A stretch of 64,000 bases of DNA from Lama guanicoe. Its lineage: Eukaryota. The notes beneath the pieces are model-generated. The model was given only the letters and a program-made list of their open reading frames with translations, was not told the DNA's origin and ran no database searches. Of the stretch, positions 12,501 to 25,091 are shown in pieces. Positions within the stretch are counted from its first letter, which is position 1; every line of letters begins with the position of its first letter. The translations under genes were made by a program, and so were the position numbers. Location: assembly GCA_013239625.1 (NCBI GenBank), contig MU054323.1, positions 14,450,029 to 14,514,028 of the forward strand, read 5' to 3'.

Positions 12501-15500
12501 CTTTATTGAGTAGACATGGTGGTCTCTGGTTTTGACTTATTTGTTCACTCTGTATTGAAATGAAGGAATCTTTCTGCTTTGAAAACTGAATTGAGTTTTC
12601 TCTTTTGTTTCTTAAATGATTAAAATTAAATTTAAAATTGATCTTTCTATTTTAAGAGATCCAACTGATCCTGAATTAAATTTAAAATGAAAATCTATAA
12701 AAGGAATGATAAAAGGAGACTGTACACTATTGTGGTTTTCTTTAGAGTGAAGACACATTTTTTATGCATTTGTTGTTTCTAATCAAACAACTAGCTCACA
12801 AGCACAACTACATAGAACAGATGGCAAAATCTTTGCACATTAGACTTTATATCTGAAAAAGAGACACTTTATTTTAAAATTGCCACTTGGGAGCATAAAG
12901 TGCTCTCATGAGAAAAACACATTTTACACTTTAAAGGCAGTCCATAAAATAAAGGCAGATGTTTAAATGACTTCTTAATTAACACAAAACAAACATTTAC
13001 CTACACTGTGGGGTTGAAGCACTGCAATTAAGATGAACCCTTTAAAACATCCTGGGACATAGTTTATGTAAAGAAATACCAAACATTTTATCTTTTAGGA
13101 TTTTCTGTCTTTTGTTAAGAAAAGAGTAATTATTATTTATCTGCCATTCATTAATTTGAAACTGTTATAAAAATAATAGCTGTTATTTTCTAGTTGGATT
13201 AAAATGCTTTTTTTAAACAAATGTGCTTGAGTCTGAAGCATATTATAGTTACAAACAAATACTATCTCCAACTAATTATACAATTATGTTACCCCTTTGG
13301 TACCAAACACTTCTATTACCCAAGGAAACATTCATTAAGGGATTAGAGAGATTGTAATATTTTTCAAAATGCCTTCATACAAAAAGTATGCAGAATAGAT
13401 TGCTTATAAAATATAATTACAGACAGCATAAATGCTTGAATAATCATATGGAACAGAGAGAAGAATAAAAATAGATTCTTTTTACTTACAAGAATTCATT
13501 TGGGGAAAAGAAAACATATTGATAGATTTTTGTAGGCTTAAAATGATGGGATAGAAAAGAACACCAGCGCACCACACAAGGTGAGAGTGGTCAGTTGTGC
13601 TTCCTATGTGTGTGGGGTCTGTCCACTGTTTTAATGTCTCAAAAATAAAGGTTTAGATGTAGTGTAAGAAATAATAAAATTTAGAATGCATAAGATTCAC
13701 TCTGAAATTCTATTAATGTAAGTAAGTTTTCTCTGCTTTGTTAAAAGCAAGAAGGGCAAGGAAATGATAGTGCCCTATTGTGATAGTTGAAATTAAAGAG
13801 ATCATAGAGAAAAAGAAGGCCTCCTGTACATTCGCAGGGCTTTTCTTCTACAACAACAACAAAAGAAGTACGCTGCTGACTGCAAAAAGAATAAATACTA
13901 TAAAAGAAAATCAGTGTCAAAAGTAGATGTTTAAAAAAAAAGAAATTAACATCTAATATCCAGAAAGGATTGGTGAAGAAATTGAATTTGTTATTGGAGA
14001 CAGCAGGGATAACACAAAAGTAAAATAAAATGAATAAAATAATGCAAGGCCTTAGTGGATTGATATAGAAATCATTAAGGATTATGATCGATACAATTTG
14101 TTTTTCTTTAAACCGGAAAAATCTTGGGGATTTGTATTAAATCTCTAATGGCTTCTTTGCTATGAAGGGGCAGTAAAATATTTTCAGTTCATTGATTCGT
14201 TGATTCTACTTGCATTATATGCTTTGATTTTTGAAACAATTAACAAAAATTATTTTGAAATCCAGCTAGTGTGCATGATCAGATGTGTTTATGTCTGTGT
14301 ATGTAAATCCGTATATGCAGGAATCAGAGTACTTACAGAATTCACCCATGTCCTCAAACCACTATAACCTCCAAAAATGTCTATAGTTAGGAGGTTTCCT
14401 GGAAGTGTAAATGAGATATTTTTAAACTGGAGACTTCTTGAACTCTCAAGGTTTTGAATCCTAGATCCTCAGATTGGTCCCTGAAAAGTTCCCTCTTGTT
14501 TAGTTTACTTTTCCTTCTCCAAGTGGAGAGAAGGAAACAACAAAATATACCTCCTTTCTTTCCTTTCACATAGTTCTTTTTGACTGATTAAACAGTTACT
14601 TATTGAGCCCTACTATGTGCCAGATATTAGCAAAATGTGAGTCAGACTGGGGAGTACTATCTCAAATACCCGAATATAGTCAATTAAATCCAGGAATAGG
14701 AACATTTTAAAAGCAGTAAAGGGTTAGTGTATTTCATGGAAAGATGGTGCCAAGAATAAAGGGAAGGAATGTTTTCCTCCTCTGCAGTCTTACTACTCTT
14801 CCCCTTCATTACATCACACTCTCCCTAGTTGCTACCCTGTTCCTCCTTTATATGGCACTGGTGGTTTGCACAGTATGACGGATTAGTAGATGCCATATGT
14901 GAGGTGACAGTGCTCAGCTTCAACTGGCAGGAAGTGTGCTCTCTGAAACCCTATTTCTAGCTCATTTGCCACCAAAGCCATTGGCTTCTGACCTGTGTTA
15001 GAGCATAAAGTTGAATGAGAAAATTCATTACCTTGGATGTTTCATGGTCCTGTTTCTATATAGCTCTGAGAACACATTTGATATTTCCTATTAATTTCTT
15101 CCTACTTACGGGCACTGGTTTAACCTAATGGAATGCTTATGTTCTCAATTGATTGAAATAGCTTTTGAGTGAGGAAAACCTTGTGAAGGGCAGTTTTCTT
15201 ACATAGATAGGAAGACTAGCCATTCCTCAGCAGGAAACCATGATCACTAGATCCTAGTTTTGCTTCCATTTCTTGAATTGATACATTAACAAATCAAACT
15301 ATTTCCAAGACATGCAGTAAATCAAATTACGTAAACAGTATAACAGGTTAAAAAAAAAAGTTCAGTCAGCTAAGAAAATATACAATGTTTATGCTTAAAA
15401 ATGAAGTTTTTTTTTAATATTTATACTGTGAAATAACTCCTCTCTCCCTCTATAGGTTATTTAAAATAAGTGGCTGAGAATGTCGTTATCAAAAATTAAA

Positions 15501-16545
15501 TAGTTTTTCCTTTTTTTGTTGTATTTTAAAGGCTCTACTTAGTCTTCTTTTGTTAAAATAAAATATTGTTCAACTGATGCAGTTCTTTCATTCGGTTACT
15601 GTGGTAACAAAAATCAGGCTTGAATTAAGACCGTAGGCAGTCACATTAGTCAAAGTTTTACAAAAGGCAACTCTCTTTATTGAAATTTGCTTAGGTTTCT
15701 TAGTAAACCTGAGTGAACTTAGCACATCAGTGAATCCTCAAAACCATTTTTCTCATGGACATGATAGAACAAGATAACCTCATAGAGAAGAGCACTCCTT
15801 AAACACATTTAAAAGTTTGACAACTGAAGGTGAAGTTGAAAGTTGTCATAAACGTTATGGTCAGGCTAAATCTATCCTAATTGGGGAAATATATACTATA
15901 TTGTGCTTTTCAGGGTTTCTTCTAAGCTAGATATAGAGATAGACATAGAAATAGAGGAGGCAGAGGGGAGAGAGAGAAAGAGATTTCCCTTCTCTGAGGA
16001 CACTACCTGCCATAATTTTTTTTATTGGAATAACTTAAAGACTTAGGAACAGTAGCTTTACACTTTAATAGGCGCAAGTGTGCACTAGAAAAATTCCTAC
16101 TCAAATCAGGTGGTAGTACAACTGTTTTATTGTATTACACATGTTACCTAATTGTGGAATATATACTACATGCATGTCTGCTAGTAGTCATTCAACCATA
16201 ATTCTTTTTGAGGATGTGTGTGGTCTAATTTATAATGATTTACTCACAAAGTCCTACAGTTTATCTTACAGGCTCAAAATCAGACCTTGCTGGTTTTCAT
16301 GCTCAAAGGATGATGGACAAAGGCCCTCATAGTATTAGAAATATTGGCAATACAAACCCTCACATTTTTTTAAATACTTAAATAAAATATTTATTAAAAA
16401 GCAATTTGTAAATTATAGAGCATTATATAAGTGTTTGCTTTTATCATTATTGCTGCTACTTCTATGTCTACTAGTATTTATTACTAATTAAGGCTGTTCG
16501 TAGTTTTTTTCCAAACTCTGAATCTTATTAAGAAAAGACTAAGTA

Positions 16546-18122
16546 TTTTTTTAATTGAGGTATAGTCAGTTTACAATGTTGTGTCAATTTCTGGTATACA
16601 GCACAGTTCTTCAGTCATACATGAATATACATATATTCATTTTCATACTCTTTTTCACTGTGAGCTACTATAAGTTATTGAATATATTTCCCTGTGCTGT
16701 ACAGTATAAACTTGTTTATCTATTTTATATATACCAGTCAGTATCTGCAAATCTCAATCTCCCAGTTTATCCTTTCCCACCCTCTTCCCCTCTGACAACC
16801 CCAAGTCTGTATTCTATGCCTGTGAGTCTGTTTCTGTTTTATATATAAGTCATTTGTCTTTTCTTTTTTAGATTCCACATATGAGCGATATCATATGGTA
16901 TTTTTCTTTCTCTGTCTGACTTATTCACTTAGAATGACATTCTCCAGGTCCATCCATGTTGCTGCCAATGGCATTATTTTATTCTTTTTTATGGCTGAGT
17001 AGTATTCCATTGTATAAATATACCAAAACTTCTTTATCCAGTCATCTATCAATGGATATTTAGGTTGGTTCCATGTCTTGGCTATTGTAAATAGTGCTGC
17101 TATGAATATTGGGGTGCAGATATCTTTTTGAATTAGGGTTCCCTCTGGATATATGCCCAGGAGTGGGATCCCTGGGTCATATGGTAAGTCTGTTTTTAGT
17201 CTTTTGAGGAATCTCCATACTGTTTTCCACAATGGCTGCACCAAACTGCATTCCCACCAACAGTGTAAGAGGATTGCCTTTTCTCCACAGCCCCTCCAGC
17301 ATTTATCATTTGTGGACTTTTGAATTGTGGCCATTCTGACTGGTATGAGGTGATACCTCATCATAGTTTTGATTTGCATTTCTCTGATAAAAGTAATATT
17401 GAGCATCTTTTCATGTGTCTATTGGTTATTCATATGTCTTCACTGGAGAATTGCTTGTTTAGGTCTTCTGCCCATTTTGGACTGGATTGGTTGTTTTTTT
17501 CTTATTAAGTCATGTTAGCTGTTTATTTATTCTGGAAACCAAGCCCTTTCAGTTTCATCTTTTGCAAATATTTTCTCCCATTCTGTAGTTTGTTGTTTTG
17601 TTTTGCTTATGGTTTCCTTTGCTGTGCAAAAGCTTGTACATTTAATTAGGTCCCATTTGTTTATTTTTGCTTTTATTTCTATTGCTTGGATAGACTGCCC
17701 TAGGAAAACATTGCTGACATGTATGTGAGATAATGTTTTGCCTATGTTTTCTTCTAGGAGCTTTATTATGTCTTGTCTTAAATATAAGTCTTTAAGCCAT
17801 TTTGAGTCTATTTTTGTGTATGTGAGGGAGTATTCTAACTTCATTGATTTACATGCAGCAGTCCAGTTTTCCCAATTTGCTGAAGAGACTGTCTTTATTC
17901 CATTGTATGTTCTTGCCTCCTTTGTCAAAGATTAATTGACCAAAAGTTTGTGGGTTCATTTCTGGGCTCTCTATTCTGTTCCATTGGTCCATATATCTAT
18001 TTTTGTACCACTACCATGCTGTTTTGATTCCTGTAGCTCTGTAGTATTGTCTGAAGTCTGGGAGGGTTTTTACTTCAGCCTCATTCTTTTTCTTCAGTAA
18101 TGCTTTGGCAATTCTGGGTCTT
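16546..18122 (-). mobile_element. 5'-truncated L1 (ORF2 C-terminus plus 3' UTR), degraded
   Basis: ORF fragments 16921-17406 (CCHC motif) and 17527-17928; T-run at 16546-16552; flanking direct repeat ttaagaaaagact at 16528-16540 and 18121-18133. Confidence 0.95.
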
Positions 18123-19773
18123 AAGAAAAGACTGTTAAAAAATGATGATGTGATTGAATCTTGTAACTTAAAAATCATCAAAATAGATTTAATTCAAAGG
18201 ATTTTGATTCATTTTACAATATAGTACACATAATTTTTGTTTGTTTGTGAGAAGTACTTCATGTTTTCAGACATCAAAGAAAATAACCTAGGAAAAAATT
18301 GTTATTTTTCTCATCTTTTAGTTGCCTCTAAATAGCATCATTATATCACCATAGGATCTAGAATATGAAAGTTATATTAAATTATCTTTGAATGTGCCCC
18401 ATGTATTTCAGTAAATTTGTTTATGTCCCTCAAATGTCTAAGGAATATTAAAATAATTTCTAAATTCTTTCATTACCTAAGTTTGTTTCCCCGTAAATTC
18501 AAAGAATGGAGAGTATCATCTCTTAAAGTATGTATTAAAAATATAAATCATGGTTGATCTTGAAATGTGAATCTGTCAGAAACAATTTTTTTTCTAAAGA
18601 TTAAACTTTTAAAAAATAGGATGGAAGCTTAAATCACTTTAGTAGCATCTCCCTATTTAAAACATTTATGTAGTAGAGGGTTTTTTTTAATTAAAAATAT
18701 TTAAATGCCTGTATAACTGGTTACGAAAAATTAACTTTGATTCCTTATACAGTAAATGATTATCCTCTTTTTAAAATATGTTTTGGAGTTTCAAAATAGA
18801 ATGCTTAAGAAATAAAGTAAAACTTCTTCTGAGGAGAACCAGATTTTACAGATGACTTAATATGATTTATTAAAGTGCCAAAATTAGAAGAAACAATGTT
18901 TTCATTATTTGCTTATCAATGCAGAATTTATTTGTACGTATTCATTGCAATAGTTTTTTTCCAATTTTTATTCTTATGTCTTAAAATTCAGTAGTAAATT
19001 ACAATAGAACATGCTAAATATAATTTTGGTTGGATTCTGTAAACTGAAGAATGAACAGATGGAGACATTCTGGGTACCCTGATAATTCTAGGATTCAGTC
19101 AACTGTTACTCTAGGTAGACAGGCCATCACTGAAGATTTCAACTATACTTTGCAACCATGATTTTCCATAGTTAATGTGTTTCTGTAAGCTGAGCGTGTC
19201 AGGTAGGTCTTTTACTGAACTCACTACCTCTAGATTCCAGAGAGTTCCTTTATATGCCATTATAATGGTAGTAATTCTTGATTATTTACTGCCTTATAGA
19301 AATCCTCTGCTGAGTCATGTCAATATAACTTATTTTCCTAGTTACAAGTTGTGAACTAAAAAGAAGCATGTTTTTTGCTCCTTTGAACACCTTATAACAT
19401 TAGATATATTGCTTAGAGAATTCTTGCTGATTTGACTTCTTTTAATCCCTGAGAATGTTCTAATATTATAGTGACGTCAATTATACTAGTAAAAGATTTT
19501 TAGGACTGTAGGAGACTAAAATTTTATGGAGATGCTTCTGAAAAGAAAAAGGATATGGGGCATTGCACTTTAGCTGTTGGACATTAATATGCTTAATAAA
19601 ATCAAGACTGACTAAGATACTAATGGTAGCAAAATTAAGTCCATGTTATGGGATAATAAGCAGAACACTGACTGCTCTAGCTGTAATCCATGACAATATT
19701 TTCTAAACCATTCTTGTTATCTAGAACACTTACTAATACACATCTCTTGTAATGTCTTTGTATTTTAGGAAAG

Positions 19774-20730
19774 CTGTTAACCACCAGTCTGTCACCTGTT
19801 TCTTTGAGTTGAGATTTTTTAGATTCCACATATAAGTGATATCATCCAGTATTTCTCTGTCTGACTTATTTCTCTTTGCATAATAATCTCAAGTCTCATA
19901 TACATTGTCATAAATGGCAGGATTTATTTCTTTTTATGAATGGATAATATTCCATTGTATGTATATGTCTGTTATGTTCTTTGGTTAATAGTGTTGTTCA
20001 AATCTGCCCTTTCCTTATTAATTCTCTGGATAATCTATCCATTGTTGAGAGTGGGGTACCAAGTCCCCAATTATTACATTGCTTTTTACTTCTTCTTTCA
20101 GTTTTGTTAGTCTGTGCTTTATATATTTAGGTACTCTGATGTTGAGTGCATAATTATTTAGTTACCACATCTTCTTTATGGATTGACCCCTTTATCATTA
20201 TATAATGATCTTATTTGTCCTTTTTGACCATTTTTAGCTCAAAGTCTACTTTGTCTGATGTAAGTATAATTACCCTGCTTTCTTTTGGTTACCGTTTTCT
20301 TGAAATGTTTTTTTCATCACTTCACTCTCAGATTAAGTGTGTCTTTAAAGCTAAAGTGAGTCTCTTGTAATTGATATATAATTGAATCATTTTTAATCCT
20401 TTCAGCTATTCTTTGTCATTTGATGGGAAAATTTAATTCATTTATGTTCAGAGTAATTATTGGTAGGTAAAGACTTCCTATTATTTTGTTACTTGCTTTC
20501 TGACTGTTTTGTAGATACTTTGTTTCTTGCTGCTTATTTTTGCAATCTTTTTTTGTGATTTGGTGACTTTTTGTAGTGGTGTGCTTTGACTCCTTTATCA
20601 TTATCCTTTTTCTTCTGTGTAATTACTACAGGTTTTTCTTTTTTGATTACAATGAAGCTTATAAAGAATATCTTATAACAACCTGTTTTAAACTGATAGT
20701 AACTTCAGCATCATACGTGAGCTTTATAGT
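19774..20730 (-). mobile_element. Older L1 with a ~3.1-kb internal deletion (ORF2 end fused to endonuclease region, plus inter-ORF region)
   Basis: 19815-19960 aligns to 38894-39045; about 19965-20470 aligns to about 42152-42690 of the full-length L1. Confidence 0.85.
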
Positions 20731-22195
20731 TTTGAGTTCATTAAAATGAAAAAAACAAGCAAACAATAACCCCTTAAGAGGTGTGGAAACAGGCAGGGTA
20801 TCTTCCATGGCTGTGAAACACTGTGGCTACTTGATCTCCTTCATGTTAATTGGTTATACAGCCCTGAATGATATATCTGGTTGAACCCATATTCTCCAAC
20901 TCTGTCTCCACTCCATTTTTGTTTTTAATCAAAAATCAAGGATGATGATCTCACTAGATAAGTGAGAATCATTTTTGGGTCAAAGTTACATGACTCAGTT
21001 TTGCTATAAGTAGCACAGAGGTATAAAGAAAGGAAGTTTGAAATTATTTAAAATTAACTGGGAGTATTATTTTGTGGTCCATGTTATGGTACTAATAGCA
21101 GGTAGAGAAAAGGTTGCTATTCACTTCTTAGGTTAATAAGTGCATTAGTCTAATATTTAAGTTTAATTGGAAAGTTAAAATTATTTTAGTTGTCAGTACC
21201 ATTATTACATAGCCATTGAAGTCTGCCTTTTCCGTGAAAATAATGCCAAGTTCCATTTTGGCAGTGGAGGGAAAAATATGAGAAGTACAAAACATTTATA
21301 TCTTAGAATGTTTTAGCTTTCAAAAATCACCATTTATTACATGACCAGTCAAGCCAAATGAAGATAAATGTAAAAAAGAATATACAATTCATCTCAAATA
21401 AATATTTACTTTAAGTTTAATGAGCTAGTTGCTATATGTTTAATGAGTTAACTGGTTCATATTAATTAAACCTTGATTGTTTGTTTAAAACCTCTTTTGG
21501 AGGATTTCATGCCATCTGGTTAACTTACTTTAAATGGCAAAAGCAATAAGTACTTAATTGCATTCCTATTAATGCACTGTTGTTTCTAAACATGTGAGTC
21601 TTTTACATGTTTACTGAAAGAATATTGTATAGATAAGAATAAATGTTTTATTAACTCCTTGGCTGTTAAGAGTAGGTGTGAAACAGTGCAAAAATGTCAT
21701 TAAGTGTCATTCGAATTGTTATTTGAGAGTAAATTATCTCACTTAAAAGTAAGTGAATTTCTGAAAATGTTTTCCCATGGCATTTTTTGAAAAAATTTCC
21801 TGCAGTGTATCCATAGATGTTAGATTTCACTTTGTCTGTTTTTTATGCCCCAGAAAAGAAATGTTGTGAACAGAGACATACACAAATGGTCAACCTTAGT
21901 GTGACAAGTGAATAAAGAAGTTTAAAGCTTCTGTTTTGAGTTACTGTTCAAGTGTGAGTGATGTGGAAAGATGGAGAACTGTGGATATACATCAGTCAAA
22001 GGGGGGGGGCATTTGGAGAAACGATAGCCAGGCCACAAGATATGAATAAAGTGAGTTGTGAAAGTTATTTGCAAATTGATTGTTTAAAACTTTGAAGAAA
22101 ATTTTCCTTTCTATAGAAATCATGATCACCAGTTTGTTTCCTTGGCTCTTAAGAAAATAGATACAACCGACACTGTGACAGAACCAGAGTTCAAA

Positions 22196-22463
22196 GTAGT
22201 GCTTTGCAGATTGTAGGGCAAGACTCCACTAGTGGGTCTTGAATTAACTAAATAGGTAGTAACCATTTTTTTCCTAAATGAAAGCAATAGACTCTATCAA
22301 GCAAAATTGTACTTTTTGAGAATAAAAATGCATTTATGACAACTTTTTTTATTTTTATAAGTATGTCTATGTTATGTATGTGTATGTGTGTATGTTTTAA
22401 AAGTTTGGCCTATACTGAGTTGTGAAGTCAAATGATTTTCAGCCAAAAGTTTGAAAATCATGG
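22196..22463 (-). mobile_element. MER113-like hAT-Charlie relic
   Basis: ccactagtgggtcttgaattaa, internal (TATGTG) repeat and terminal caaaagtttgaaaatcatgg. Confidence 0.55.
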
Positions 22464-23599
22464 GTTTAAGCATTCTGTAAAAGCCAATAACTGTCTCTGT
22501 AGACATTCTGTCCCTGACACAATTCAAAAAATTGGTGTCTGTCAAACTATTTTTAACCACCCGAGTCTGGTTTTGCTAGATAAGCAACATGAACTGTATT
22601 TGGAGTTGCATTCTGAGAAAAACTTCAACAGTTAATTCTGTATATATGTGTCTAAAGATAGTTTTTATTTTGCTCTGTAGTAATTATACATCAGTGGCAA
22701 GTTGTTCAAGTAGACAAGTATAATGAATTTTACCAACTTTTTTGAGTAACAACTAAACCAAGCATTTCTGGGTTTTAGGTGATGTCTATGGGAGCGAAAC
22801 ATTCTTGGTCACTCTTTGTCAGTTCGGGGGCTCATAAATGTGAACCCTCTATTTCTCCACAAGGGGTGAGACTTGTGCCAAATAGGTCATACCTGTACAT
22901 TTCTCCGGGTTTGAAAAGTTAGGAATCTTCTCTGGCTCTGCTTTGTCTAAGAACTCCATGTTTTCTAGTGTGGCTAAACATGTTACTTAAAAGACAGGAC
23001 CTTAGGAGAGGAAGTTGTAAGCAGGCATATAAGGGCCTAACAGCTGAGCAAAGGGACATTTACGAATCTTTTTTCTGTCCACCCAAGATGGAAATATGAA
23101 TAAAAGTTACAATGTAGGGCAAGAGGAGGCCAAGATAGACTAGTACAGAATGAACTGCAGATTTTTATACTAGGTTTGTCATAGAGGTGTTGTGGGGAAG
23201 TGTAAAACCTGAAAGATATTTTGTACATTTTGCTCCCTTACCCTTATCTGATTTTCACTTAGAAAATAAAGTCTTGAAGGAATTAATGGGAAAGAAAATT
23301 TGGAAAGGTAAAGTCATATCATGAATAATTACAGGAAAAAAATAAAGAGGTAGAATACTCTGGCTAAGGAGAAACCAGAAGCCACATAGGCATATATTTT
23401 GTTCCTAAACCAAGTCCAACCTTTACCATAGAGAGTTTTGAATAATAAGCAGTGGAATCTGACTCTGGTTGATTAAGCAGAAAATGATATTGGATTCACA
23501 GATTGTTAGAAGGGCTCTAGATATAGGATTGAAACTAAGCTTTGAAAAATAATACTAAAAACTGTGCCAGAGAACTGATGTCATGTGTAAACCACAACT

Positions 23600-23975
23600 C
23601 ACGTTGCCATGTGTGCTGCTGTTATGTACTGGACAGTCCTCTAACTGCTGCTGCAGCCAGCACTGATACCACTTTTATAATAAAAACTCCACCTGGCAAC
23701 TAACTTTGCCCCCAGAATTGGACAGCTCAGGCACAAGCTGTGCTGCAAAATGGAGACCCAAGCAGAGCCTGTTTCCTTATCTTAGCACTTCTGAGCCAAA
23801 GCCTCCTGTGCAGGTGACAGCGGTTGGGTGGGTGGAGCCTTGGTCACTTGCTTGTTTTTGGAAGCAAAGGAGGTGGGAAAGCCAGTTCTCTGGGTTACTT
23901 TTTAAGAAGGTTGAACTTATTAAGGTCCAAAATTCCTCATCAGAACAGGAGTCTTCAAAATATGGGAGGGAGCAT
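23600..23975 (-). mobile_element. Ancient MaLR (MLT1-like) LTR fragment
   Basis: ggtggagccttggtcacttgc…gcaaaggaggtgggaaag motif. Confidence 0.45.
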
Positions 23976-24049
23976 TAAACTATTACTCGGTGTAGTGGGC
24001 CATATTTCTTTCTTTTAAAAACTTTTCTTCCAGATCTTTAAATGGCTGT

Positions 24050-24365
24050 CTCTGAAAGTCAAGACTGAAGTTTAATAACACCTTTCCTTAAGAAAGGCTT
24101 TCTTAAACCATCTTGCCTAAGTCAGTCTCCCAACTCTCCATTACTCACAGAATTTTACCAATATATAAGAAGTTTAATCTTTTTTCCTCCCTTCCTTCCT
24201 TCCTTCCTTCCTTCCTTCCTTTTTGGCTGTATCACTCTGGTAGAATAAATAATGCAAGAGCAGGATTCTGTCTTGTTCAGAAACTATTGTCATCACCCAG
24301 AGCAAGGCCTGGCACATGGCAGTAGCACAGCAGACACTTGATTAATGTATTTTTGAAGAATAAGT
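24050..24365 (+). mobile_element. LINE-2 3' end containing a (CCTT)n microsatellite at 24189-24220
   Basis: cagagcaaggcctggcacatggcag…ttgaagaataagt L2 tail. Confidence 0.7.
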
Positions 24366-24835
24366 AGTAATAGGAAAACATTGGTGATCTAGAGATTTCA
24401 AAGAAATAGCTGGAGGGTTGGGGGTTCTAGCATGTGGGAGAAATATAGTGGATATAAATGGAAAGGACTGCTGAGCAGCTTCTCTGTCCACACTACACCC
24501 TGGTCTCTGACACACAACTGGCCAATTCTCTAAGGATCTGCCCCTCGAGACTGGTTCTCATGGTGTGGCAATCTCATGGTTAGCAGCGAAAGAGAAATTC
24601 GTGACCTCATGTCAAGATCCTGCTTAGATGATTATTTTTCCATTCACTGTTGATTCAGTAGATAATTAGTATTAACTTTATGGCAGGCACTGTGATTGCC
24701 CAATTCTGTTTTCCTTCTATTCATGTACTCAGTCCTACAAATTTGTTTTTTCAGCCTCCTTGTTGCTGATTTTTTCTCTGATCATGTTCTTTACATGAAT
24801 GTTTATGCTGATATTGACCAAACCCCTTAGTGTGG

Positions 24836-25091
24836 GAGGCATCGTGATGTAGTGGGGAAGCCCAAAGGCTCTGATGACAGCCTATTTGGATTCAAATCCT
24901 AATTCTCGCATTATTCAGCATATGGGTTATTTAACTATTCTGCTCTTTCCCTCAATTATAAATTATAAATGGTGATGCAAATAGTAGCCTTATTGTAGGG
25001 TAGTTGTATTAAGTGAATTAACATATGTAAAGCAGTTGAAATGCTGCCTGACAAGTAATAAGCTGTACAGAAGCATTTGCTATTATTATTA
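24836..25091 (+). mobile_element. Near full-length MIR SINE
   Basis: gtgatgtagtgg head, ggattcaaatcct B-box, core, and gctattattatt tail. Confidence 0.85.

Noticed and set aside
22780..22905. Faint resemblance to 28S rRNA, H/ACA snoRNA or mitochondrial control region
   Set aside because: Similarity too patchy and no clear H box; needs an Infernal or BLAST search.
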